This document shows, one piece after another, positions 1 to 13,706 of a stretch of 64,000 nucleotides of DNA. The notes below the pieces were generated by a model. The model had not been told where the DNA came from. It saw only the letters and a list, made by a program, of their open reading frames with translations, and searched no databases. The stretch spans positions 248,001-312,000 of the forward strand of contig OZ024747.1 in the NCBI GenBank assembly GCA_964016885.1, written 5' to 3'. Each line of letters begins with the position of its first letter. Position 1 is the first letter of the stretch. The DNA comes from Eledone cirrhosa. Its lineage: Eukaryota. The position numbers and the translations under genes are program-made.

Positions 1-105
1 TGATGAGTTGTAGTGCACCTGAGCACTGTACACAATAATTTCATTATCATTATCATATCATTATCATTATCATCATTTCATTATCATTATCATCATTATC
101 ATTTA
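1..105 (+). mobile_element. 3' tail of CR1-type LINE with (ATT/ATC)n tail
   Basis: tgatgagttgtagtgcacctgagcactgtacacaataatttcattat is the reverse complement of the 3' end of the CR1-type element at about 33895-33940. Confidence 0.7.
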
Positions 106-262
106 GTTATATAACCATCTTTCTCATTATGAAGCTGCTGTTTGGAATATAACTTAAAAGTTCTTAAATAAAATTATGATGGAATGTTTTGGGATAAATA
201 TAAACACTTTAAAACAAACAGTTGTTCCATAGAAGAGTTTGTTATAAAAAGGATTAATTCAC

Positions 263-476
263 CTGGTTTGTGAACAAGAGGGTCATCTTTGAAAAGCGTT
301 AACGCTTCATCAACATTTTTGAAAGACCGTAGCAAATACATTTCTTCCATTTTGTAGTCATTATTATTGGAATGTCCAGATGTTTTGGCAAGGTCCTTGC
401 TGTTATTAGTAGTAGTGGTAGTGTTGTTGATGGTTGTGGCAGTGTTGGTGGTCTTATTGCTACTCTTTGAATCATC
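263..476 (-). CDS. LACTB: LACTB coding exon 5 (gene continues beyond window start)
   Basis: ttttag|GAT acceptor and CCA G|gtgaa donor, 214 nt. Encodes DDSKSSNKTT...EEMYLLRSFKNVDEALTLFKDDPLVHKPG, matching the remembered LACTB segment ELYLREKFENSIESLRLFKNDPLFFKPG. Confidence 0.88.
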
Positions 477-1020
477 CTAAAAAAGAAAAAAAATTAAGTA
501 AATATAATAAATGAAAAATATGTAAAAAATAAATAAACCAATTTATGATTGTCTATATTTCTAATATGACTTATTGCTATGACAACCTTTACATATTTTC
601 CACCCCTCATCTTTCTTGCACAGTTTCCATTGGTTCAGTCTCTGTCTTCAAGTATTATCATCTCAGTATAAACACACACACACATACATGTGTATAAATA
701 CATGTACATTGTTGATGTTTTAATAATAGGGTCACAGTCCTATCATGAAAGGCAACAAGAAATTAATTATCTTGCTCAAGAACACATTGTGTCAATCCCT
801 TTCTTCCATTGTTTGATAGTCCTTGCTCTTTTCCTCTCATTTATGGTATTTATAGTCATTTCTACTGCTACTATGTTTGACCAAATATTAATATCCAAGA
901 ATTGAATCCAACACTTTATAATCATATGTCCAACACCCTAATCACCAGGCCACACACACACCATTATTTTTACACCTGTATTTCCATGCTTACATTTGTC
1001 AGACAAGACTTTCCAGGTTT

Positions 1021-1126
1021 GCATGAGTCAGACCAGTCCTCCCCAGTACAGCATGGGTTAGACCAGTCCTCCCCAGTGTAGCATGAGTCAGACCAGTCCT
1101 CCCCAGTGTAGCATGAGTCAGACCAG
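1021..1126. repeat. 30-bp minisatellite, about 3.5 copies
   Basis: Unit gcatgagtcagaccagtcctccccagtgta, flanked by the direct repeat gtcagacaagactttccag (998-1016 and 1137-1155). Confidence 0.85.
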
Positions 1127-1965
1127 TACAGCATGGGTCAGACAAGACTTTCCAGATGTAGATCTATGGCTACACAAGACATACAGATACTAAGGAAAAA
1201 GGAGAGATACATAGATACACATACAGATACTAGAGAACGAGGAGAGATATATATACACACGTACAGATACTAAAGGAGATATATATATATATATACACAC
1301 GTACACAAATCAAATACATACATCCTAGTAGATGGGTCTGTCCTTTAGACATTTATATATTTATATTTTATTTGTTGTTTACTAATTAAATATGGCTTCT
1401 GGGGAAACTGGAAATAAGTTAGCCCCAAAGAAAAAAAATAACAGAGTTTTAAAATGAAAAGAAAATAGAATGAAAATAAATAGAATTGAACAAGAAGACA
1501 AAATCTTTCTTCAGGTCAATAAATAGTGGGTTTATAAGGGACTGAAACATTTACATGTAGATGCCTTACTATTTCAAAGCTTGTCAAATGGTATGTACCT
1601 GTAATCTAAAGGGCCAGCTTTATCATACACTGTCACGCTGAATCTCCCTGACAATTATGTTAAGGTTTTATGTGTGTGTGTGGAATGCTCAGCCACTTAC
1701 ACCATAATACAAATAGGCTGTACCTGTAATCCAAAGGGTCAGTCTAGTCACACACTGTGTCATGCTGAATCTCCCTGAGAATTACATTAAGGGTATATGT
1801 GTCTGTGGAATATTCAGCAACTTACATATCACAACCTATGTGTAACTTTTAATGGGTGTATATCTATTATTGAACACGTATCTATTCTAAAAACCTGGGC
1901 ACATAAATTTACAAAGAAAAACAGTAATTTTAATGGTGACATTTTAATGAATCCAGTCTCCTCAC

Positions 1966-2073
1966 CTTAGAATTATCACTATTAGTTTTATCATTCTTCT
2001 TATCTATATATGTCTTGTCATAGTGACGGATACCACCCATGTGACACAGCAAATGACGAACAGTTAGAGTTAC
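1966..2073 (-). CDS. LACTB: LACTB coding exon 4
   Basis: ttttag|GTA ... AAG|gtgag, 108 nt, phase 0/0. Encodes VTLTVRHLLCHMGGIRHYDKTYIDKK, the LLxHxxG motif of the beta-lactamase fold. Confidence 0.93.
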
Positions 2074-2649
2074 CTAAAAAAAATTGAAATTGACAAAAAA
2101 AAAACCAATAAAAACAAAACAAAAAAAGTTTAAAAATAAAAGACAATAACTGAAAATGAATATCATAGAGGGACATTTTATATGGTTGCTTGAACTACTA
2201 GAAATAGCAGCCAAACTTCTTCAAAATTTAGACAAGAGGGAAGTTTTGGATAATATAGAAAGGTATGATGGAATGATGTGTACAACACTGGCACTATCAG
2301 TGTTTCAATGTCTTCAACTTTCAACTAAACAATAACAACAAACATAAATATTCTGTTTTGTCTTTCTTTAATAGTTATAGTGGAACTGTGCCAGTGATCA
2401 GGTCGCAAAGATTGTGACAAAGGTTTTGAGACCAAGAAATAAACAATAACTGTAAAGTGAAGCTAAAAGTTTTTGTGTGTTTTTAAATGTCTAATGTTGT
2501 AACTGCCTTAGTTTCAGCACATTGTCTCAGACCAAGTTACTTGCTAGACGAACATACCTCCAATATAATATACCAGCACCACTACCATTATCACCACCAC
2601 CACAACCAAGCGAGACCAGCTGATATAAATTCTTTTTCTTCTTTGCCCA

Positions 2650-3130
2650 CATATTCCCGAGAGGGTCGTGGGGGGCAGAGTCCCCCCCCCCCCCAACAGG
2701 TCCTGTCAGAAGGAACCATCTCCAACTGATCCAATAGGATCCCCAAGCCAGACCAGCCAAGCTCCTGAATCTTATCCAACTATCTTGCTCAAGGTCTACT
2801 TCTGGGTCTCCTGCCACTTGGTTTTACCCATAAAATCTGTCCAGTGATTCTTTCCTGAGACATTCTAACCACATGTCCATAGTATCAGAGCTGTGATCTC
2901 TCAATTCAGAGAAGTAGCAGCTCTACCTGGATTGACTCTCTGATCTTCGAGCTATGTACTCTATTGAGTAACATTACTCTAAAGAGCCTTCAAACGAATC
3001 CCATTTTGGCCTCTTGTATTCTTGAGGTCATTATTGAAGATTCATGACCATAAGTAAGGGTTGGTACAAACACTGAATTGAAGATAGTGAATTTGTCTTT
3101 TACACTTACCTCCCTTTTTCTATGACTAAA
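2650..3130 (-). mobile_element. Decayed RTE-clade LINE 3' fragment
   Basis: Inverted homologue of 3760-4340, sharing gagacccagaagtagaccttgagcaagatagttggataa. Confidence 0.7.
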
Positions 3131-3217
3131 TCTAAACTATAATAAAAGATCTGAGGGACTGCTTACGGTTTATTTCTTTTAATCCAGTTACTAAAACAAG
3201 TTGGATTACTTTGAATA

Positions 3218-3406
3218 AATAATTGTTTCTACTTTTGGCACAAGGCCAGCAATACCCAGTGTATTACTGGTACTTTATTTTATCGACCCCATAAGGATGA
3301 AAGGCAAAGTTAACCTCGGCGGGATTTGAACTCGGAATGGCAAGGGCCGTAACTCTATGCGTCAAAACATGGCGTCCGACCCTCTACCGATACTGCCAAT
3401 CCACCG
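3218..3406 (-). mobile_element. tRNA-derived SINE, family S1
   Basis: Head tggcagtatcggtagag, B-box gagttcaaatccc and core gcctttcatccttatggggtcgataaaataaagtacc. Further copies at 7353, 33440, 45833 and 46596. Confidence 0.85.
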
Positions 3407-3759
3407 AATGAATGAATATTACATAATTTATGTACTAAATTTCGTAAACAAATAATTTCGTAAAAATAAATAATTTAAAATTGACTTCTTTTCAAAGTTG
3501 CACTTCTGGTATATCGTCGCCACCACCACTTCAACTACCATATATATAGAAAGAGAGAGTGTGTGATGAGAGAGCTAGAGAGATTATGATTTTCTACATG
3601 CTGACGCGTATGAGTGTGCACATACATACATCCATATGTATGAGTATATAACTATAATCGCGCAAACACAAACTTATAAAAATACACTCGCATGGACATA
3701 ATTCACACAAATATACATACATTCACACATACATTTACACAAACACACACATACAGTCA

Positions 3760-4340
3760 TGATAGCAGCATTCGGTGAAATTGGAAATGGGAAGGTAAAA
3801 CAAGTATAACATTTTATTTATTTATTAACTCTTTTTTTTAAAAAACTCATTTAAGTGTAAAAGCCAAACTCGCTGTCTTCCTGGTATTCCTGCCAACTCT
3901 TACTGAGGATCATGAATCTTGAGTAATGAGCAAAAGAATACAATTGCAAATAAAAGTGGCAGAAATGGGATTTCTCCGAAGGGTCTTTAGAGTAACGTTA
4001 CTCGATAAAGTGCAAAAATCAGAGACCAGAGAGTCACTCCTGGTAGGGCCACTAATTCTCCGAATTGAGAGATCAGAACTCCGATATTATGAGCATGTGG
4101 TTAGAATGTCTCAGGAAAGAATCGCTGGACACATTTTACAGGCAAAATCAACCAGCAAGAGACCCAGAGGTAGACCCTGAGCAAGATAGTTGGATAACAT
4201 CCATGAGCTTGGCTGGTCATGCTTTGGGATCCAGCTGGATCAGTTAGAGATGTTTGCTACTGACAGACTCGCTGGAAGGAGTGTTTGAGAAGGACTCTGC
4301 CCCTACAACCGTCTCAGAAATAAGTGGGTGAAGAAGAAGA
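3760..4340 (+). mobile_element. Decayed RTE-clade LINE 3' fragment
   Basis: ORF 3926-4180 reads AEMGFLRRV...IERSELRYYEHVVRM...KRPRGRP, a typical RTE ORF2 C-terminus, and a (GAA)n tail follows. Confidence 0.8.
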
Positions 4341-4384
4341 TATTGTCAATTTACTTTTCAATTTACCTATATCTATATGACATA

Positions 4385-4800
4385 CAGAAAAAATGAAACA
4401 AAATTTCATTTCCCACTCTTAGTATGGCTGTTACTTAAATATAAGTATGTATACATACATACATATATGTATACAGACATACAGTAGTATGTATACATAT
4501 ATATATACATACATGCACACATATATATATGTACGTATGGATTCACCAAACATTTATTATAATGCTCGGTGTGTTTGTAAACAAACATCCTGTATCAAGC
4601 CGTAGTGTCTAGCAACACTGACAAAGGAATGCTGTACTAGTTTCAAGCTTGTTAGCTATCGTCAGCAACGTATACCTTCCTGCCAGATAGTTGAACGTCC
4701 GAAAGTATATACTTTCCTTATGCATATTAACAGCTGAGTAGCCCAATTTGCATATCGAGTGGGTTAGGGTTAGGGTTACTAGTACAGCGTTCCTTTGTCA
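4385..4800 (-). mobile_element. Penelope-like pseudo-LTR with hammerhead motif and short inverted piece
   Basis: Reverse-complement homologue of 42430-42845. A short inverted copy, ctagtacagcgttcctttgtca, lies at 4779-4800. Confidence 0.7.
4629..4671 (-). ncRNA. Minimal type I hammerhead ribozyme motif
   Basis: Minus strand gttg-CTGACGA-tagctaacaagctt-GAAA-ctag-TA-cagc: conserved core, palindromic stem III and GUA triplet. Confidence 0.75.
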
Positions 4801-5202
4801 TTTGTTAACGAGATTAGCTTTCCAGAATGGATTTTCTTGGTTCTCTTTGAAAGATTTGTGCCACTGAAATACCTTGATAGAGTGGCATCTCCATAAGCTT
4901 GTGTTAAAGAAGAATTAAGTGGCAGATTTATTGAGTTTCACACAAAATTTGATCACATACTGTTGTTCAATATTTTCCTGCATCACAAACGTAACAGAGG
5001 TTATAAACACGGCTGTACATAAATAGCAATAACTCACAGCTGACTCAATCGATCATGTTGAAACAAGTATGTATATACAGCCAAGGTCATAACCAACATA
5101 CCTATATCAACAAGCTACTGCATTACCTTGTCATACATAGGAAAATCAGTACTTTTACTTTGGGACAAACATTGTGTATGTATGTATGTATATATATATA
5201 TA

Positions 5203-5762
5203 CTAGCTAAAGTACCCGTCCTTTGGACAGTTCAAGAAGCTTTCGATGTAGCTCATTAAACTAAACAAAGTAAATTTGAATACATAGAAGAAAAACGTAC
5301 TTTATGTAAACATGAAAACCTTAGGCACTATTCCAGCGAAATAATTAATATGTGAACTCAGTGTCATCTGTTATCCCATGTAACAACAGAAATCCAGTCT
5401 AGGTATAAATTTTTTTGACAACAGTAAAACCTTTTGTTTCAAGTACAAAGAGTAAAGTAAAATCCGAATGAGCCGAATTGTAATAATCAAAATCCCCAAT
5501 CAAAAATGAGTTCCTATTGTATTGACGAAAGATAACTCTTGTCTTACTTGATCACGAAAATTGACACAAATAACCGAACATTTTTTAATGTCTGCAAAGG
5601 CCCCAATATGGATTTTTGAAACCCTTTGTAGATCATGTACAGGTTTTGTGCAAGGAGAAGCTCTGTAAAAAATTTCAAAGAAATCGCATGAATGGTTTAA
5701 AATATATGAGCCCTCATTAAAAATTGTCCACACACACATACAGAAAACTAGATTTTTATATA
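5203..5762 (-). mobile_element. Non-autonomous Helitron-like element
   Basis: The minus-strand 3' end has the hairpin ctgtcc-aaa-ggacgg followed by CTAG|T. The 5' end tatataaaaatctagttttctgtatgtgtgtg resembles the 5' end of the Helitron at 38789. Confidence 0.65.
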
Positions 5763-7063
5763 CAGGGTGTGGACGATATTTGTTCGCAATTTTCAACTGC
5801 TAATTTTATGCAAATTTTTTTTACTTCCGTTGTCACTCTCGTTTTCATAAAAACAGTGACTATATTATTTATTTTCAGAATAATTGATTATGAATAATTT
5901 TGAACCTCCAAATTTGTGGAAGAGTCACAGAGTTTTTCTTGGAATCCGCGCCGGGAGGACAAATAAGGAAATTTCAGACTTTCTCAGCGTCAGCAGCAGA
6001 ATGGTGGAGAAGGTCAGAAAGGAATTGGAAGATTCAGGATTCGACTACGAAGCAACATCAGAGAGAAAAACACATGATCGACGATCTGACGCCTTCAGAA
6101 CGCCCGAGTTCGTCGCTGAAGTTCAGGATATCATCAACAATGAACCTAGCAAGTCGATGCATGCCATTGCAAGGGAGAAAGGCGTGGATGAAAAGCTCAT
6201 TAGGCTGGTGGTACATGAAGACATTCGCTACATTTCATACAAGATGAGGAAAGGACAATTTCTGACAAAGGCGATGCAAGAAAAGCGACTGAAGCATGCA
6301 AAGAAGCTGATCAAAAAGTTGAAACACCCACTGGAGCCAGACATGCTGTGGTTTTTCTCCGACAAGAAAAACTTCTGCCAAGACCAGAAGATCAACTCCC
6401 AGAACAACAGGTGGTTCGCTGTCTCATCCAAAGACATGCCCAGAGTATGCAGAAAAGTTTCCAGCGGCAACATTAGTCTTAGGTGTCGTCAGCAGTCAAG
6501 GTGACGTCATGCCACCTCATTTCTTCCCTGAGGGCCTCAAGCTGAACACCGATGGCTACATCCGCGTTCTGAGCGAGGTAGTAAAGAGCCCTGGATTGAC
6601 CAGGTAGCTGCAGGTAGGCCGTACGTATGGCAGCAAGACTCAGCGCCCTGCCTTACCAGCCGAAAGACCCAAGCCTGGCTGTCAGAGAACTTCGTCGACC
6701 ACACTTCACCTGACATCTGGCCTCCCAGCTCGCCTGACTGCAACCCCCTTGACTTCTTTGTGTGGGGCGCAATGGAATGAGACACCAACAGATCTAGCTG
6801 CAATACGAAAGACGATCTGATGGCCAGGATCACAAGTGCCTTTAGGGGCCTAAGTCGGGGGACAGTGACGAAGGCCTGCAGCCGGTTCCGAGGCCGCCTT
6901 GAGGACGTCATCAAAACCAATGGCGGGTTTATCGAGTGAGATCGAAAGAACAAGTCATGAAGACAAACTGACCCAAGTTTGATAAATATATCTTAAAAAA
7001 TAAAACTACTGTGTTATTTTTTCCTAGACACTAATCTTGCGAACAAATATTGTCTGCACTCTA
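5763..7063 (+). mobile_element. Tc1/mariner superfamily transposon, maT (DD37D) family
   Basis: 27-bp imperfect TIRs cagggtgtggacgatatttgttcgcaa (5763-5789) and ttgcgaacaaatattgtctgcactcta (7037-7063), with TA on the left side. Confidence 0.9.
5890..6939 (+). pseudogene. Frameshifted maT transposase
   Basis: HTH region, then WFFSD(K)K, WQQDSAP and WPPSSPDCNPLD, with 37 residues counted between the 2nd and 3rd Asp. Frameshifts fall near 6450 and 6585, and there is an in-frame stop near 6780. Confidence 0.88.
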
Positions 7064-7352
7064 CCCAATGTTTCTCCCAAAAGTAAAAGTACTGATTTTT
7101 TACTATATATATGTGTGTGTCGTTTCTGAAAATGAATGGCAGGATGGATATATTCTAACGAAGCTAATATTATGGTGTTGCATAACTGCTATCAATTAGT
7201 CAATATATGTATGAGATCTTCGATAATAGATATTCACTGGTGCGATAACTATAGTGATGGTCAACAATGTTGGAATCAAATATCCAATACAATTTTTGGA
7301 AGAAGCTGTCACAAGAATCCCGTTAATGTCTTATTATTAAAGTTTTCTAGTC

Positions 7353-7535
7353 GGTGGATTGGCAGTATCGGTAGAGGGCCGGACGCCATGCTTTGACGCA
7401 TTGAGTTACGGCCATTGCCATTCTGAGTTCAAATCCCGCCGAAGTTAACTTTGCCTTTCATCCTTATGGGGTCGATAAAATAAAGTACCAGTAATACACT
7501 GGGTATTTGTTGGCCTTGTGCCAAAAGTAGAAACA
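7353..7535 (+). mobile_element. tRNA-derived SINE family S1 with 20-bp TSD
   Basis: Flanked by attattaaagttttctagtc at 7333-7352 and 7536-7555. Confidence 0.9.
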
Positions 7536-7998
7536 ATTATTAAAGTTTTCTAGTCATTTATAGAGACAACTTTTTAAAACAAACAAATAAAATGCATGTT
7601 TTTAAGATTTCATATTTAAATGTCAACATTTAATTATTAATGTCCTGTTCCATATAAAACCACATTAGTAAGATATTTTAGAATAGTACTAAACAGCACT
7701 GAGTGTATTACAATACAAATTAAAGTCTTTACTCTAATATTGAGAATTTTCCCAATGATCGGTCCATCTGTAAAGATACTATAAACATTTAAGTGAACAA
7801 ACCCTTTTTTAGATATTTTCCCTTTTCTACTAAATCAATTTAGGGTGTTAATAATAATAATTAGTGAAAGGGTAGAAAGGGCTCCTCAATTGTGCCAAAT
7901 ATATTGATGATCAACCTGGTACTGCTGCAACAATAACATGTACAATCATAGTGCATTCAGTGAAGTGTGAGATCAGTAGCCCTGATTAAGAACTGACT

Positions 7999-8029
<31 letters not shown>

Positions 8030-8053
8030 AATGAAAGGTATAGAAAACATAAG

Positions 8054-10114
<2,061 letters not shown>

Positions 10115-10117
<3 letters not shown>

Positions 10118-10840
10118 TTTATTAAAATAACAGATTAAAATTTAAGCTAAGAATCGCTGCTTTCACCCTTAACGGGATCTTCTGAAACTAAAAAAGTCAA
10201 TCTGTGAACGCAGAAGTAAATATTTAAAAAAATGTTGCATATGGCGTATATATTATATATTCTGGTACATATGCATTTGGTTATGTTTATATGCGAGTTT
10301 GGCGTCTGTGTGAGTATGCGGGTTTGTACGTATGTAAGGTGTGTATATGTGTACTTTGTGTTTTGGTTGACGTACGTCTGCGAACATATGTGTATTTACA
10401 TGTAGGTATGTGTGTGCGCGCGTTATATATGTATTTATTTATTTATATACGTTTATTTAATTATATGTATACACGCACACACACATATATATATATTTTT
10501 TATATATATTTTTATGTGTATTTGGTGTATACATTCGTATGTGTGCGGGTACAGGCGGGTTCTGTATGTGCGTACGGGTTTTTTTTTTGCGTACGTGCTT
10601 GTATTTGTATACCTATGGTGAGTGTTTTCGCATATGCTTTTTGAAATATTTACTTCTGCGTTCACAGATTGACTTTGTTAGTTTCAGAAGATCCCGTTAA
10701 GGGTGAAAGCAGCGATTCTTTGCTTAAACTTTAATCTGTTATTTTAATAAATATTTGCTCTACGGTTCTTATATATTTGATATATATTTATCCTTATCGA
10801 GCCCTCTTTGGATTTTAGTCTTCAAATTTATTATTATTAC
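10115..10840 (+). mobile_element. Penelope-like inverted pseudo-LTR pair
   Basis: About 110-bp inverted arms at 10115-10225 and 10644-10756, containing the degenerate hammerhead-like CAGAAGA-tccc-gttaa-gggt-GAAA. A third copy lies at 39182-39290. Confidence 0.65.
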
Positions 10841-10984
10841 TATATACATATATATTATTAGAAATGTAAGCTATCGCCGTATTTTGACTAAAGAAATTAA
10901 AGAAATTATTTAGCCTGATAGTGGGGTTAAGAACCCTCGGAGAAATGGAAAAAGATGAGTATTGACGTACATGGGAATCGATTC

Positions 10985-11047
<63 letters not shown>

Positions 11048-11094
11048 AAGTAAAAGCGAAGTAGTTTCAGATGTTCAAGTCCTTTAATAATAAT

Positions 11095-11168
11095 GCTGTG
11101 ATATATATTTCAATGACGACACTGGCCACACTGTTCTGTGTGCGAGTGTCGTGACATCATCAGACAGC
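11095..11168 (-). ncRNA. Type I hammerhead ribozyme motif
   Basis: gctgt-CTGATGA-long stem II (acgacact/agtgtcgt, cacac/gtgtg)-GAAA-tatata-TC-acagc. Confidence 0.85.
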
Positions 11169-12020
11169 TTGTTACATAATAAGGTTGTTTCCGAGGCAAT
11201 CCAAATTGAATGGATCATTTTACATATATGTACTCTGTGTTTTTGCATTTATTCACTATTGTCTCTGTTCTTTTCTTTTCTTTTGTGTACTTTTTGTCTG
11301 TTTTTCTTTGACTCTGTTCCATGTGGTGGAAAGTATGACCGTGTAGCGGATTGACTAATGCCTTGAACCATGTGGTTTGCCCTCCGTTATAAGGTCCGGC
11401 ACTGCCGTTCAATATCTGTAACACTAGAATCCCTCCCAGAACATATTACTTAAACATCTCTCTCCATATTATTTACTCACTTCAATGTATATCTTTACTT
11501 AATCCGAATTATCACTTGAAAAATTTTTGAATTTAGAATTTTTGAATTCTTTATTGTTTAATTTATAATCTCTGATATTTGATTTAGGATTTTAACCTTT
11601 AATTTTAATTTTTATTCCCAACTCTCACTCTTAACTTACTATGTAAAACCATAGTACCTAGAATTAAGTTTATTTTACCTTATGAGTTGATGGTCAGTCT
11701 TACTGTCAACGCTTAGTGAAAGGTAGTATTATGACCTATAAAAACTAACACCCTCCCATCCCCTCTGGCTTTCGGCTGACTGCCACAGTAGCGATGGTAG
11801 CAGTAAACTTTGGCAAGGCATAGGTGGGCCACTGACAGCGAATTTCGTTGAAATCTGCGGTGCTAATGGTCAACTTCCTTCGGACATGCGCTTGCGCAGA
11901 CCGGTGGGGGTGAATTGGTACTCACAAGGGAACGGATGAAAAACCCAAAAGCACGAACTTCATCCGTTCCCATGTCAATTCAATTTGGATTGCCTCGGAA
12001 ACAACCTTATTATGTAACAA

Positions 12021-12094
12021 GCTGTCTGATGATGTCACGACACTCGCACACAGAACAGTGTGGCCAGTGCCGTCATTGAAATATATATCACAGC
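12021..12094 (+). ncRNA. Type I hammerhead ribozyme motif
   Basis: gctgt-CTGATGA-...-GAAA-tatata-TC-acagc, with a perfect 5-bp stem I and an AUC triplet. Confidence 0.85.
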
Positions 12095-12292
12095 ATTATT
12101 ATTAAAGGACTTGAACATCTGAAACTACTTCGCTTTTACTTATTCGATATTTACTCCGTCACTCCTATGTGGAAAAAGTACGTTGAGTGCTTGAATTGAA
12201 TTGCATCAATGTTTACCCTAAAAAAAAAAAAAAAAAAAAAATATATATAATAATAATAATAATAATAATATATATATATATATATATATATA

Positions 12293-12633
12293 GGCACATG
12301 GCTTAGTGGTTAGAGCATTGGCCTTGCAATCGAAAGGTTGTGAGTTCAAACCTCAGACCGGGTGATGTGTTGTTTCCTTGAGCAAGACACTTTATTTCAC
12401 ATTGCTCCAGTTTACTCAGCTGTAGAAATGAGATGATAGGGACTGAGGTCCCTATCATTCCACTGCAAAGTGGTCGTGAAGGTGCCACGGCAAAAAAGCA
12501 CCCAGCACTCACTGTAAATGAGGTTGGTGTTAGGAAGGGCATCCAGCTGTAGAAATCAAGCCAGAATCAGTTCCCGTCCCACCCTTGCAAGCAGGGAAAA
12601 GCGGACGTAAAATGAAATGATGATGATGATGAT
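12293..12633 (+). mobile_element. tRNA-derived SINE family S2 with RTE-derived 3' tail
   Basis: A-box tggcttagtgg, B-box gagttcaaac, core ccttgagcaagacact. The tail gttaggaagggcatccagctgtagaaa...(TGA)n is shared with the RTE 3' UTRs. Confidence 0.88.
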
Positions 12634-13143
12634 ATATATATATACATACATAAATCCAAAAATAATTTTTTTCCCGGATTAGAAAAAAAAATTTTTTTCT
12701 TAAAAAAAATTATTTTATAAATTAAGTTAGGTCTTAGGAGTTCTTGGTTAACGTAGGAGGTATTGTTTCGTTTTTAGAACGACCTTTCACGCTGAGGTGC
12801 GCTTGTCAAACTGATGTGTATGTGGTGTGTTGTTCTATATATAGGGATTTAACATGTCTGTGGTGTGGTGGGTTTTTTTTTCCTCCCCCTTTTAATAAGT
12901 GCATGGGTGTAGGTGTCTTGAAAAAGTGTTAATAGCAGTAATGAGTTGAGACGGTGAGTAGGGTTGGGTGGGGAGAAATGTAGCAAGTGCGGCCTGCCCC
13001 GGTCATTCTCGAAAAATTCCTTTATTCAGGGGATTCCTTTGTGTTGAGAATGGTCACAGGCAAATTGCACCTGCCAAGTTTGTAAACAATTATTTTTTTC
13101 TGAAGAATTTTTCTACGTCCATCCCAAAATTAGTCCTTTGTTC

Positions 13144-13518
13144 AACACACACATATGTGCGTATATACGTACATACACACACGGGCATATGTAGGAATAC
13201 ATAGGCACACACCATCAATCACACACCCATGTACATATAAAGACACATATAAAAACACATATACACATACGTACACACACGAATATGTACTCATACCTCC
13301 ACATGGGTATATATATATATATATACATACATACATATACATACATATACACACATAAAGATACATAACTAAATATACATATATACCCATACACGCACAC
13401 ATACACACACACACACACACATATACATATGTCCGTATATATACCTCCGTTCACACATACATGCATACACACACACACATACACACATATACATATATAT
13501 ATATAGAGAGAGAGAGCC

Positions 13519-13561
<43 letters not shown>

Positions 13562-13562
13562 C

Positions 13563-13593
<31 letters not shown>

Positions 13594-13664
13594 CATAAAC
13601 ACATAGACACATACACACATATACATACATATACACATATACATATATCCATATATATATATAT

Positions 13665-13706
<42 letters not shown>

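Larger units (their letters stand above)
11044..12210 (+). mobile_element. Penelope-like element remnant with about 160-bp inverted pseudo-LTR arms
   Basis: 11044-11206 is the near-perfect reverse complement of 11988-12146, and each arm holds a hammerhead. Confidence 0.75.

Noticed and set aside
1021-1126. 30-bp repeat array as CRISPR
   Set aside because: The units are contiguous with no unique spacers, there are no cas genes, and the context is eukaryotic.
10684-10720. CAGAAGA-tccc-gttaa-gggt-GAAA as an active hammerhead (also about 10150-10185 and 39224-39255)
   Set aside because: Core U4 is replaced and no convincing stem III or stem I can be drawn. It is kept only as evidence of Penelope-like origin.
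12293-12365. tRNA gene (also 50890-50960 and the S1 heads)
   Set aside because: A and B boxes are present, but the acceptor stem is not intact and the sequence continues into a SINE core and LINE tail.
12660-13140. Possible decayed Penelope 3' end on the minus strand, with TTGACAA-gcgc..gcgt-GAAA
   Set aside because: Both peptide and ribozyme similarity are too degenerate to support by eye.
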